DNA from: Octopus bimaculoides
Taxonomy: Eukaryota
Direction: 5' to 3'
Assembly: GCF_001194135.2 (NCBI RefSeq)
Contig: NC_068990.1
Coordinates: forward strand, 24,487,171 to 24,551,170
DNA: 64,000 nucleotides
Shown here piece by piece: positions 25,464 through 38,670 of the stretch. Positions within the stretch are counted from its first letter, which is position 1, and the number at the start of each line of letters is the position of its first letter. The translations under genes were made by a program, and so were the position numbers. A model generated the notes under the pieces. It made no database searches. It worked only from the letters and a program-made list of their open reading frames with translations, and was not told the DNA's origin.

Positions 25464-25559
25464 TGATGACTCACACATGTTGAATAGGGCTTTCCATTCA
25501 TTCTTAGACGTGCATGACTCATTAAAGTACATGCAACACTGTTCACCTACTGCATCGTC
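25464..25559 (-). CDS. Candidate internal exon, Cys-rich
   Basis: Acceptor gttttctag, and only one frame is open: DDAVGEQCCMYFNESCTSKNEWKALFNM(CESS). Possible donors are gtgagt after 25475 (phase 1) or gtaaat after 25464 (phase 0). Confidence 0.4.
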
Positions 25560-25740
25560 CTAGAAAACGTTGATTTATGCATTTGTGTACGACCACGCGT
25601 CAACGTCTGTGTACATGCATTTACGAGTTTATGGATCTGTACGTATTTTATATCTATGTTCTCGCATATATGCGTAAAGATATCAATTTAAAAGTGCACG
25701 TCTAAATGTATATATATTCATCTCGGTTGTTTATTTTATA

Positions 25741-26050
25741 ATGGCACTCCGTCGGTTACGACGACGAGTGTTCCAGTTGATCCAATCAATGAAACAGCCT
25801 ACTTGGGAATTTAACGTGTATGTGGCTGAGTACTCCACAGACACGTGTACCCTTAACGCAGTTCTCAGGAAGATTCAGCGTGACACAGAATGTGACAAAG
25901 CTGGCCCTTTGAATTACAGATAGAATTCATTTTTACCAGCCATGCGAACTGGAGTAACGTGAAGTATAGTGTCTTGTTCAAGTACAACGCGTTTCCAGGA
26001 CTTGAACTCACGGCCTTACGATCGTGACCTCTAAGCCACTCGTCTTCACT
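25741..26050 (-). mobile_element. SINE family C (tRNA head plus CORE-like domain), near full length
   Basis: Reverse complement has gtgagttcaagtcc (B-box), ttgaacaagacac (CORE-like) and a tail ending gtcgtcgtaaccgacggagtgccat. The same tail is at 37740-37908. Confidence 0.85.
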
Positions 26051-26471
26051 TAGGCACTCTAAATAAATTTTTCTGCCATAGAATTGTCAGTCAAATTGAT
26101 TCTATTACTATTCCATTGAAACTCGGGATCTGACAGGCAGTGACAACAGAACGACCCGGTAGCAAATAGAGCGGTCTTCTAATTGTTACTTACATTTCGA
26201 AGCCGGGTCCCTGTTATGCATGACTATAGTTCTCTACTGGACATTGACTGCCGCATGCAACTTCTGAAAATCAGTGGCATTACGCATGTACAGTAGAATG
26301 AGAAGCAGTGCATCAAAGTATTGTATTGTGTTTAGGCTGGAAACTATTTATAGTGTCAACAAAAGAATTGACTTCAATAAAGACTACTGATAGCCAGGTG
26401 GTGGAGTCAACTTCACCTCGAAATTTTATCTTTTTTTTATTATTTATCAGTTTTATTTTTTATTAGTTTTT

Positions 26472-26660
26472 GAAGGTTGCACGTTGGCAGAGACGTTATC
26501 GCACTGGTATTTCTTACAACTCTTTACGTTCTGGGTTCAAATACTGCCGAAGCCGACTTTGTTCTTCATCCATTCAGTTCGATTAAAAAAAAAATAAAAG
26601 CTAGCAATGGAGTCGATGTCACCAACGTCACTCTACCCTCAAATTTGCTACCAAGATTTT
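26472..26660 (+). mobile_element. SINE family A
   Basis: gttggcagagacgttatcgcac..gttctgggttcaaatactgccgaagccgactttg. Confidence 0.8.
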
Positions 26661-27009
26661 AAACCAATCATGATTAGTTACTTTCTACCGTATATAACGG
26701 CCTAGTACACGATAGAAGGTCGATTAATTACAACAATTTAGCGTTCGTATTAAAGAAAAGTAACAGCGTAAGTGAAACGAAATTTTATCACTGTGGAGAT
26801 CAAGACGAGGATTTGATCTGTCCTCGATTTTTTTTTTTGCCTTGCTGCTGTCGTTTAAAGCGACCACTCCTATACTGGGTATTTTTAGCTGGTGGATATG
26901 ATCTGACAAAGATTTAAATACTTTGAACTTGTAGAGCATTCCCTGAGTTATTAAAAATATTTTTAATTAGTTCCTTAAAATCTCTCTGTCAGTTTCACGC
27001 TGTTTATGG

Positions 27010-27260
27010 TTGTAGACGCAGGCTGTGTTGCAAGCAGCTTACTTCCCAACCACGTGGTTCCGGGTTTAGTCTCACTCCATGAACCCTTGCACAAGTATCT
27101 TCTACTATAGTGTCAAGTCGACCAAAGCCTTGAGAGTGGATTCGGTTGACGGAAACTGAAAGAAGCCCGTCGAATATATATATATATATATATATANNNN
27201 NNNNNNNNNNNNNNNNNNNNNNNNNNNNNNNNNNNNNNNNNNNNNNNNNNNNNNNNNNNN

Positions 27261-27307
<47 letters not shown>

Positions 27308-27480
27308 GATAGATACATAGATAGATAGATATCTGTGTTTGTGCTTGTCTTACGCCACCGTTTGACAACCGCTGCTGGTGTTTTTACATCCCCATAACTT
27401 AGCGGTTTGAAAATAGACGACGATAGAATAAGTACTAGATTTTAAAGCCCCAGGATGTTTGCAGTCTAACGACTGAAACA
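27010..27480 (+). mobile_element. SINE family B, full length, with microsatellite and gap in the middle
   Basis: Head and CORE at 27010-27175, tail at 27325-27480. Confidence 0.85.
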
Positions 27481-29057
27481 AAATTAACGTGGACACACAC
27501 ACACACACACACACACACTCATCTATCTCTCTATATATACATATATATACTTATATACATATACATACATATACATGTATCTACATATATACATATATGT
27601 ATATCTACATATACATATTTCATACATATATACATCTACACCCACACACACACCCACACACACATACACACTCATATCTATACTGTGTGTGTATATATAT
27701 TTATTTATTTAGATACATACATACTTATACATTTATCTACACACACAGACACATACACACATGAAGAATGGGTTATGAAATACTTATGTAAACGTGGTAT
27801 AGATAGTCACCAATTAGTGCTCAGAGGTGTGTCTGTGCGAAAACGTGCATGCGTTGCATGTATCTATGCATGGTTTTTCCATAGTGTGCGTTTGTTTGTG
27901 GGATGGTATGTATTATTGTGGGTGTGTGTGCATGTATGCACGCCATTGTGTATATTGTTGACTTAGCTTTGTGTTAATAACGTGTCATGAAGTTCAACGA
28001 GCGTTATGTTGCTATATGGCATGTATCACATTAAATAAATACTAACTCACATAATCTATATTATTTAAAAATTAAATAAGTCAGCATAGAGTGTGTTAGA
28101 CAAAATAACAAGACGTGTGACCTTGGATTGGCCATGAATGACATGTTTCAACTTCCTCTCCGTTCTCTCCTGTCGGTAGTTGAGGCTATATAGCTTTGTC
28201 AAAAGAACTTAGCTCGGTTGACATACTAACACTATATGTTTGCTCTTCTATTTTTTAAAGATATTTTAAGTTTTTTCTGTATGGAAGGGGTTGGTGTCTA
28301 ACAAAGATACAAAGGTCTATCATTGGAATGTTGATAAAAAAAATATCATATTCTAAATTTGAGAAAAGACTTTGATGTTTTCATTCTTCTGCTTACAAAT
28401 AGTATTTGGAATGTGCTTGTTCGCAGGGTTGATTTCTTTTTGTTTGTTTTTTTTCTGAAAATCTTAGCTCAATCGGATTTCCACTTAGGTATTTATGAGC
28501 GAAACCAAGTGTACGAATTATTATTGGTATAAATGAGAATTTAGTTTAGGACCTGTAGTTTCGATATAATAGGTTATAGGAGCTGGAGATTTCGAAATAA
28601 CTGTTCTTTTTTTGTACTCTTTGATCTTCGAAGAGTTATTCACATCAGCAGGGCAGCTGTCTTTGATTATTGTATCAGGTTTATGTTTCTACTTGGTAGA
28701 AGTTTTGATGAGAATGCTCTATCAACATTCCTCGTGCTGATATGTATGTATGTATGTATGTATGTATGCATGCTGATGTTGCTATTGTTGTTGCAACTGC
28801 TGAGCCCTTTTTTCATCTATGATCAAGCTAAGACACATTTTAGGAACACACGTAGACATTAGATTTATTAGATGTGGCATCCACAAATAACTGCTCCAGA
28901 TAAGCTTGTGCGACTACGTTTGATAGACAAACATTTAACCTTGCAGAGAAAGTTCTGTAGTTACTCCATAATGTTGTCTCCAGAGCAAACCAAATAAACG
29001 CTCGAATAGTTTCGCCTGTTTGTTGCCAATTCATCAGGGGTGAAAAATCCGTTCGTT

Positions 29058-29090
<33 letters not shown>

Positions 29091-29561
29091 GGAAGAGAAA
29101 GAGGGAGAGAGAGAGAAGAGGGAGAAGAGAAAGAAGGAGAGAGAGAGAAAGTAGCTTAACGCTACTTATGAAAATGTTTCTGTAAATCAGACACTGATGT
29201 GATTTAAACACAGTCTATTTTCACAATGGCAAATGGATATTTACTAAACGCAGGCAGGTGATGCTCCAGCATGACCATAGACAAATGAATGAAAGGAGTA
29301 TAATAATAAAAGTAAAAGAATACAAAGAAGCTTTCAATCTAGCCATTGCAAACATCAGCGCCCTGCATCGGTACTTTTGTTAATTAGCACGCGTAGCTAA
29401 CGAATGCACAGTTATACAGTTAAGTAAAATTGCTGCTTGTTACTCATAGCATTTTTCCGAAGTATTTCTAAGGTACATACCCTCCTATTCTCTCGCTCTC
29501 TTCTTTCCTTCTCTTTCTCCCTCTCTTTTTTTTCTTTCTATTTCTCTCGATCATGCGCACG

Positions 29562-29632
<71 letters not shown>

Positions 29633-29799
29633 NNNNNNNNNNNNNNNNNNNNNNNNNNNNNNNNNNNNNNNNNNNNNNNNNNNNNNNNNNNNNNNNNNNN
29701 NNNNNNNNNNNNNNNNNNNNNNNNNNNNNNNNNNNNNNNNNNNNNNNNNNNNNNNNNNNNNNNNNNNNNNNNNNNNNNNNNNNNNNNNNGTGTGTGTGT

Positions 29800-29849
<50 letters not shown>

Positions 29850-30394
29850 AAGAGGTATACAGACATGCAGACATACTGACATGCAAACACAGCCATGGAT
29901 AGAGAGCTAACTGAAGGGACTAATGATGAAACGATTTCAGGCATTCTATGTAGAACTGTTATTTAACGTCTCCTTTTCCTATGACAACATGTTCAGAGAA
30001 AACGCGCTTTTTTCCTCAAGCAGATCAAGCAAATAGGTAAAGGATCCTTGTTTACATCAAAGTGGTCTGTGTATGAAGTCAGAGTCAATTAAAGCACGAG
30101 TTTCATTTGAATGTTTTGGCTTCAGTTCTGATGAAAATCATGTAATATCTCAAAGTAAAAAGAATTCAAGCTGCTGAACGAAATGTGAGTTCGATAGTCG
30201 ATAAACATTTGAGCAAAACATAAATAGTATCAAAGTCACCCATGTAGAGTATGTTTAGAAATATATATAAGAACAGCAGTACTTGCGCTCGATTTAAGTT
30301 GCAAAAGCCAGTTATTTAATTTAATTCATCATTATTTACAAAATTAATTGAAAAAAAAGACAGTGCATTTTAACAGTAATATGGCAACAAATGG

Positions 30395-30760
30395 AAGTCG
30401 GTGAGCAGAAACGTTAGCACACCGGGCGAAATGCTTATCGGTAATTTCGTCTGTCTTACGTTCTGAGTTCAAATTCCGCTCAGGTCGACTTTATCTTTCA
30501 TCCTTTCGGGGGTCGATAAATTAAGTACCAGTTGCGTACTGGGATCTATACAGGGTGTCCACAAAGTCTGGGTACATGGGGATTAAAACATACTTTAAGA
30601 AATTATTATTTCTCACATTTAATTGTTTATGATATGATTTTATTTACTCCATGTACCCAGACTTTGTGGATACCCTGTATAGACTCCAGTACGCAACTGG
30701 TACTTAATTTATCGATCCCGAAAGGATGAAAGCCTTGTGCCGATAGTAGAAAGGATTCTT
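30395..30760 (+). mobile_element. SINE family A carrying a MITE and an inverted duplication
   Basis: Head gcagaaacgttagcacaccgggcgaaatgc, B-box, central domain, and resumed tail ccttgtgccgatagtagaaagga. Confidence 0.9.
30549..30679. mobile_element. Tc1/mariner-type MITE, family 2 (127 bp plus TA)
   Basis: TA-cagggtgtccacaaagtctgggtacatgg ... ccatgtacccagactttgtggataccctg-TA. Confidence 0.9.
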
Positions 30761-32055
30761 TCTTAATTTCTGCCTTGATGGAAATTAATCCGGCCATAAT
30801 AATCACATGTTCAATTCAGCCAGGACTAGATTATCTATCGAACACATCATTAATTTTCTTTTAAGATGGTGATTGATAAAGTGTAACTAAACAGACGGAT
30901 GGGCTGAGTCGTGACAATGTCTGACAGACTGCTTTGCGGTTTAGATTCTAGCTCTTTGCACTCTGAATTCAAATACCGCTTACACCAACTTAAATGCTTT
31001 TGGGATCAATAAAGTTACAGTCCCTTGTATTGGGGTTGGTTCTGCTCTTAGTTTCCCTATCTTTTTGTCTAGAACTCAACTGCGGTCAAACCAAGAGTGT
31101 AAGGGGCTATTACATGTCTAAAATTGCCCGAAACACGCTGTATGTCATAACGATAAGCCTACAACTTCATGAAGATCTGAATTCGAAAACAAGGCGGAGA
31201 GAGAGACTAGTGGGGTGTGAAGATTTAGCTTCTATTTCTAACAGGCTGCTAAATCTCCTTCATTTGCTTGTTAAATCTTGTTTTAGCATTTTAGTTTAAT
31301 ATTTTGAAATATCTAACCTCTGTGAACCTAACATATGCAAAACAAAGGGGATAAAATTAAAAGAAATATAATTGCCGGTGCACCGCAACATGTCAGTCTC
31401 TACGAGGTCGCTCGACCTGCTATATTTAGCATCCAAAACTGCTTCTACTCGTATTTTAATGTATTTAAACAAAAGATGTACATTCACCGAGGTGACCCTT
31501 ACACACGATACATGAATAACAGACTAATTGGTCACGGATAGAAAGGCTTCGATTAAAGTTCTGCTTAAATACAGCTGACCTGATTTAAACAATAGCTACA
31601 TCATCATCAACAACAACATCAATACTAGCACCAAAAACACCAACACCAACAACGTTTATTAGAAAGTGTATACCAAGCATCAACGCCATCTGAAGGGAAT
31701 TGGCAATCAATATTTCACAAAACTAACCTCTAGAAATGATCTCTTCAATCAACCTATTTTGTCTTAAAATAACATTAAGCGATACCAAAGCACAATGCAG
31801 TGATAAAGTTTTACGGAATGTATGGATTTTGCTGTAGCGTTTGCAGCTTACTACGACACGTAATGGAAATACTAGCAGCTGCATGGAAAGTGGTCACTTC
31901 TTATTCTAGAAATAAAAACCAAGTGTATCTCAAATCAAGCCTCGCCGAAATAAATGCAAAATGTATCATATCGACATATTTCATACATGTTTCGTATCGT
32001 AACATGTTTCATATAGTAAACGTACGGTTATATGTAACATAGGTAATGTCATACA

Positions 32056-32126
<71 letters not shown>

Positions 32127-32398
32127 CTTCTTACACTCTCTCTTTCTCTCTCTGACGCTCTCTCTCCACCATCTCTGTATATCCTTTTATTATATTATCG
32201 AGGAGCCACATACTCGTTAACATCATTCTCGTTCACATCAGTGCGAGTTCCTCACCTGGTCTGGGACAACGGGTGTTCTCTAACACTCGGTGTTGTGTAG
32301 GCAGCTGTCCCAGGACGATATCCCCGGAACAAATAGGCGTATAAACAAAACATATGAACTGCTTTCAATTCAGAATCCATCCGTCCATCTATAAATAC

Positions 32399-32471
<73 letters not shown>

Positions 32472-32830
32472 GCCAATATTTTATTTATTTAAGCATTAGT
32501 AAATCAACTACTGATCGTTGTTTCAATTTTTTTGCCCTTTTCCTTTTCCATGAGGTTGTGATAGAAATTCAGGAATCCGCCGATTAACAACCACACCCCG
32601 CACGTGAGTGGAATGGTTTTATGTAGTGTACTTTGTGTAAATAAAATGAATGGGTCGATAATGCATAAGTACTTCTCAAGATAATGGCCAGCGAGAAAAA
32701 ACTCCTACCTGCAATTGCGGCACTGCGGGACTCAACTTAGAACCTCATAGAGCCTCATCAATCATCTACGTACACTCTAACATGCAGGAAGATAGATAGA
32801 TAGAGAGATAGAGAGATAGAGAGAGAGAGG

Positions 32831-32888
<58 letters not shown>

Positions 32889-33836
32889 GACAGACAAGGA
32901 CGGATGGACGGACGGACGGATGGATGGTTGGACGGACGGACGGAAAGGAAGATCGACAGATATAGATAAATATACATAAACGGGTCGAAATGGTGCAAGT
33001 TATACATTGCCGAACGCACGAGGATCCTTAAAGACTCGTTCGTGTCAGGGGGCATCCTNNNNNNNNNNNNNNNNNNNNNNNNNNNNNNNNNNNNNNNNNN
33101 NNNNNNNNNNNNNNNNNNNNNNNNNNNNNNNNNNNNNNNNNNNNNNNNNNNNNNNNNNNNNNNNNNNNNNNNNNNNNNNNNNNNNNNNNNNNNNNNNNNN
33201 NNNNNNNNNNNNNNNNNNNNNNNNNNNNNNNNNNNNNNNNNNNNNNNNNNNNNNNNNNNNNNNNNNNNNNNNNNNNNNNNNNNNNNNNNNNNNNNNNNNN
33301 NNNNNNNNNNNNNNNNNNNNNNNNNNNNNNNNNNNNNNNNNNNNNNNNNNNNNNNNNNNNNNNNNNNNNNNNNNNNNNNNNNNNNNNNNNNNNNNNNNNN
33401 NNNNNNNNNNNNNNNNNNNNNNNNNNNNNNNNNNNNNNNNNNNNNNNNNNNNNNNNNNNNNNNNNNNNNNNNNNNNNNNNNNNNNNNNNNNNNNNNNNNN
33501 NNNNNNNNNNNNNNNNNNNNNNNNNNNNNNNNNNNNNNNNNNNNNNNNNNNNNNNNNNNNNNNNNNNNNNNNNNNNNNNNNNNNNNNNNNNNNNNNNNNN
33601 NNNNNNNNNNNNNNNNNNNNNNNNNNNNNNNNNNNNNNNNNNNNNNNNNNNNNNNNNNNNNNNNNNNNNNNNNNNNNNNNNNNNNNNNNNNNNNNNNNNN
33701 NNNNNNNNNNNNNNNNNNNNNNNNNNNNNNNNNNNNNNNNNNNNNNNNNNNNNNNNNNNNNNNNNNNNNNNNNNNNNNNNNNNNNNNNNNNNNNNNNNNN
33801 NNNNNNNNNNNNNNNNNNNNNNNNNNNNCAATAAAA

Positions 33837-33895
<59 letters not shown>

Positions 33896-35519
33896 TATAT
33901 GCGTGATCATTGGTGTGTTGTGTCCACGTCATTTAAATGTCCTTTAACTACACGTTTGTCAAACAGGTTTTAAGCATGTACCAATGGCGCTGAGCAGGTT
34001 TCAGTTGTTCTCTACGATGAGAAAACAGTCTATTATATTCACGGATTGCTGGTTACGCTATTCCTTGTATTATCATACAGATGGTATTGAGATAGAAGAA
34101 ATATTTCATGTAGTGTCGTTTAGTAGACTTAAAGTGTGAAAATTTCGCTTCATAATATTGAAGTAACTAGAAATGTTGAAAAGCAAAAAGTAATGACTTG
34201 TTAATAATTGTGGGAGTGAATACTGAGAAAAGGAATGACAGGTTGGTAACAACCGCTAAATACATTGAATAATAAAGGATATACATATATACACAAACAC
34301 TCACATGCACACACATACACGCACATACGCACACCCACATATACACACACACTTACATATATATATATATATGAAAGTGAATGTGGATATCTATATATAT
34401 GTACAAATATATATATATATATATATATANNNNNNNNNNNNNNNNNNNNNNNNNNNNNNNNNNNNNNNNNNNNNNNNNNNNNNNNNNNNNNNNNNNNNNN
34501 NNNNNNNNNNNNNNNNNNNNNNNNNNNNNNNNNNNNNNNNNNNNNNNNNNNNNNNNNNNNNNNNNNNNNNNNNNNNNNNNNNNNNNNNNNNNNNNNNNNN
34601 NNNNNNNNNNNNNNNNNNNNNNNNNNNNNNNNNNNNNNNNNNNNNNNNNNNNNNNNNNNNNNNNNNNNNNNNNNNNNNNNNNNNNNNNNNNNNNNNNNNN
34701 NNNNNNNNNNNNNNNNNNNNNNNNNNNNNNNNNNNNNNNNNNNNNNNNNNNNNNNNNNNNNNNNNNNNNNNNNNNNNNNNNNNNNNNNNNNNNNNNNNNN
34801 NNNNNNNNNNNNNNNNNNNNNNNNNNNNNNNNNNNNNNNNNNNNNNNNNNNNNNNNNNNNNNNNNNNNNNNNNNNNNNNNNNNNNNNNNNNNNNNNNNNN
34901 NNNNNNNNNNNNNNNNNNNNNNNNNNNNNNNNNNNNNNNNNNNNNNNNNNNNNNNNNNNNNNNNNNNNNNNNNNNNNNNNNNNNNNNNNNNNNNNNNNNN
35001 NNNNNNNNNNNNNNNNNNNNATATATATAATTTTGTTTCGATTCCACTTATTATTATTGTAGTCCAATTACGTCACTAATGTCATGGGAATACATGGCCG
35101 TCATAATATATTCTTGACTCCATTTTCATATTAGGCTTGTTGGGGGAAGTCAAGTGGAAATTATTCGCCGATAGCTCTTTTTCTTTTTTTGTTTTATGCA
35201 AAGACTGAATTATGAGAAACTTTGACTGAGGACGTTTTGCCGATTTCTATGACAAAATACTTTTGAATTTTCCATCAGACGAACGTTGATCGGCGAAAAT
35301 CTAAATTCACAAGACAATAACCTATTTATTCATTCTGTCAGATTCGATTGTAGATAAGCATGTTATTGCTTGAATCCTCGCCTTTCTACGTGCACCCGAC
35401 GACTTATATCTGCGCGCATCAGCACATATTTCATTTGCTCATTTCTGCCCTTGCTCTGGAAAGATTCATCGATTCGGCCGTATAAATACACATTAGCTAA
35501 AGTAAGATGATGTTCTTCA

Positions 35520-35790
35520 ATGAGGAAAAACAACGGTGGTCAGATATTCTTGTTCGAAATCTAGCACTTGCCCACTGTAGCAGTGTAAACTCACTACTAC
35601 AGCGATCTCTCAGGAAGATGCAGAACACTTGGTGAGAGGATCTGCTGCTGATGAAAATAACAGCAGGAAGCTTTACCATTTTATGAAGCAAGCTTATGGG
35701 CCTAAGAAGGCAACATCAGCTCCTTTGCTTTCTAAGGGATCTTCCACTCTGTTTACTAAATCAACAGAAATGACAGGAAACAAAGCTGAC
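35520..35790 (+). mobile_element. RTE-clade LINE ORF fragment (linker between endonuclease and RT)
   Basis: LLQRSLRKMQNTW..AADENNSRKLYHFMKQAYGPKKATSAPLLSKGSSTLFT resembles RTE/BovB ..LR.MQD.WW...AD....FY.ALK.VYGP...S.PLLS.DG.TLLT. Confidence 0.8.
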
Positions 35791-37224
35791 AATTTTCTAT
35801 TCGGACTGGTTGTTCAGAAATTTTGTGTTTTTGCTACAGATGTCACACAAATGTAGTGACAAGATTTAGACTCCTGAATTCTTTATTAGTTCTCCTTCAC
35901 CCTATCGTTGTGTTCCTCCCTACTGTCCTAAAACAGTTCTTTCTGTTAGAAAATGAACCCGCTTTCACATTATAATTTTTCTACCGAAAACAATTTAACA
36001 TACATGGGTTAGAGTTAGTTCTGCAAGAAGAACCTTTTTTGGAACCCTATAAAAATTGCTTTCTATTTTCTGTTTTATACTGTTTCCTTTGTTTTTGTTT
36101 TGTTATTTTTTTCTACTGTAGACCATTTGTTTGAGGACTTAATTTCTCAGCTCATTTTTCTATCAACATAAATTATCAGGTCTTAATCTTGCAGGATTTT
36201 CATGACACAGTAATCATCACAGCATATCGGCCAATGTACATATCCAGCCTGCAGTTAGCAACAGACAGATTCCAATATAAGCAATGATATCGTCTTAGTA
36301 GTGTATCGAAGAAGCAAATGCATTTACTGATTCGGTACATGAATCTCTAAAGCATGTTACTTATGAGAGATTAACCTTCAGTACGGAGTTGATTTACGGT
36401 AATTTTTGATAAATATACTAGTAAACACAAAGGAGATCGAGTAAATATTTACAACTACAATAACATTTTACTTTAAGTTTTTCTATTTAAACGCTGTGTA
36501 ACGATATAATTTTATAATGTCTTGTTTGTTATTTGCTGCCTCACAAAAACAAATGAGTTCACATTTAAATTAACGGAAACTACAAAGACAAAACGAAGAG
36601 CAAGAGGAAAAGAAAAACAAAACAGACAAAGAAACTCAGACAATGAAATTACAGAAATTAGTTGTTAGTTAAAGAGAATTTGCTTGATGTTCTGGGCGAA
36701 AGTATCCATAAGCATGCATGAGACTGAAGTTGCCAAACCTGAACTCGGCAATCAATTTCCAATAAACAGGTGTTTCAATTTGTCAAAATTATTCAATTCA
36801 GTTGAGACAGCACAATTCCATTAGAGATGCAGAAGCAATTCTGTTCAGACAGAAGGCATAGCCGGGTGAATTGATCAGAATTAGGTCAAGGGAAAAAAGA
36901 AATAGCACAAACAGAAGTTAATGTCTTATGTTCTATAGTCGATAGCCCTATGTTTCTGAACTTGCAAGTTCTTTGATTTCATATTTCACATTATCCATAT
37001 TGATTATAACAAAGCTTTCATCATTTAATCTTTTTATCAAACAGATCATTTCTATTTTTATTCTCCAAAGCAATGTCATTGATCTAGATAACTACAATAT
37101 TCAATTTACAGTGTCAAGATAGAAAGCATAAAATCTTTAAAGGATAATTTCCAGAATGATAGGATTCAGGAATTAAAGTCTTTGTACGGAGATCCAAACT
37201 AACCAGTATCACGTACAATTTCAC

Positions 37225-37301
37225 CTGCGTTACTAAAGCTTGAGAAGGTACGACTGTCACAATCTCCATTCCCACTGGAGTGTCCCGATCTCCTTCCCCT
37301 T
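37225..37301 (-). CDS. Candidate internal exon (77 nt)
   Basis: Acceptor aactttag, donor cag|gtgaaa. One frame reads GEGDRDTPVGMEIVTVVPSQALVTQ (phase 1 to phase 0). A second frame is also open. Confidence 0.3.
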
Positions 37302-37589
37302 CTAAAGTTAACTGATATACTCATTTCCATTTATGGACACATCTATTTACTATCAATCAAACTGTGTATATGGAAAGATTTTCAGGTTGGCTCCAATCAT
37401 ATTACTAATACCCAATACAATGTCGTTTCGGGTTGTGATAGTGACATCTTGTACTTTTAGTTATTGGATTTACTTTCGAAATATGTGGTTTTAAATCACA
37501 GGAAGAACTATTTTGAATCCTAGCTGGGACTATTTAATTGCATTTTTGTCTATAAGGTATTTGGAAACGAGGTGAATATTCTTTTGCAC

Positions 37590-37908
37590 TCTAGGCACAT
37601 GGCCTGAATTTTTTTGGGAGGTGGGGGAAGTTGATTAGATCAACCCCAGTGCACAGACTGGTACTTAATTTATTGAGCCGAAAGGTTGAAGGGCAAAGTC
37701 GACTCGGCTGATAAAATATGAGTTGTAACTGTATTTCAAAGGACCAGCCTTGTTACATTCTGTGTCGTGCTGAATCTCTCTGAGAACTACGCGAAGGGCA
37801 CGCGTGCCTGTGGAGTTCTGAGCCACTTGCACGGTAGTTTCACGAGAAGGCTGTTCTGCTGATCGGATCAATCAGAACCCTTGTCGTCGTAACCGACGGA
37901 ATGCCACT
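37590..37908. mobile_element. SINE family A (minus, about 37590-37715) abutting a family C 3' half (plus, about 37720-37908)
   Basis: Matches to 30480-30545 (reverse complement) and to 25741-25920 (reverse complement). Confidence 0.8.
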
Positions 37909-38414
37909 TAATAATGGGACATGTTGTAGAAATACACCTGTTCTCATTTCTTGACATATAGCCGCTGAAAGCTGCAATTAGTCATTTCAAAATAATTTTA
38001 GTTTATCATCACACAACTCCCAACTCCACAGCTCTACACTGATTCCAACGTTTATTTCACGCCAACTATTGATCTGCTTTAGATAGAAAACAGATAATTA
38101 ACAATTTAATTATTTATTAGTCGAAATGTCCGCCTTTTCACCATTCAATAATGCCTAAAATATAACAATTAAAACAACAATTTAAATAGATTTAAATCTA
38201 TCAATTAGTTTTCACTTCTTTGTAAAGGTCAAGCCGTCGTATATCTATCTAAACCTTCTGCTTGCCTCAAACTGAAATATATGCGCCATTATTGATAATG
38301 TTGTTTAACCACAGATCAGCGTTGATCAAGTAATCTATACATATAGACATCTCAATCGTGACAATCTCGTATTTTTTGCGGCAAAAGACTATTGTTGTTG
38401 ATATTTCGAACGTT

Positions 38415-38670
38415 TAAGGCTGTGAACTGGCACAATCGTTACCGCACCGGATAAAATGCTGTGCGGTATTTTTTTCCGTCTTTATACTCTGAGTTCAAAT
38501 TCCATCCAGGTCGACTTTGCCTTTCATCTTCCAGGTATCGATAAAGTAAGACTTACCCATCTAATAGACTTACCCATCTAATATACTTACACATCTAATA
38601 GACTTACCCTTCTAATAGACTTACCCTGCCCCACCAATTTGGTCGCCTTATGCCAAAATTTGAAAACAAT
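38415..38670 (+). mobile_element. SINE family A with internal 17-bp minisatellite
   Basis: Head, B-box and central domain, then (agacttacccatctaat) x4.6 at 38549-38626, then ccttatgccaaaatttgaaa. Confidence 0.85.

Noticed and set aside
26195-26264. Minus-strand segment with good acceptor and gtaagt donor
   Set aside because: All three frames contain stops. It could only be a UTR exon, and that cannot be supported.
28840-29034. 64-aa minus ORF (..IRAFIWFALETTLWSNY..)
   Set aside because: Faint resemblance to a RUN-domain motif is not convincing and the splice donor is weak.
38549-38626. CRISPR-like array
   Set aside because: Units are directly adjacent with no unique spacers, there are no cas genes, and the context is eukaryotic.
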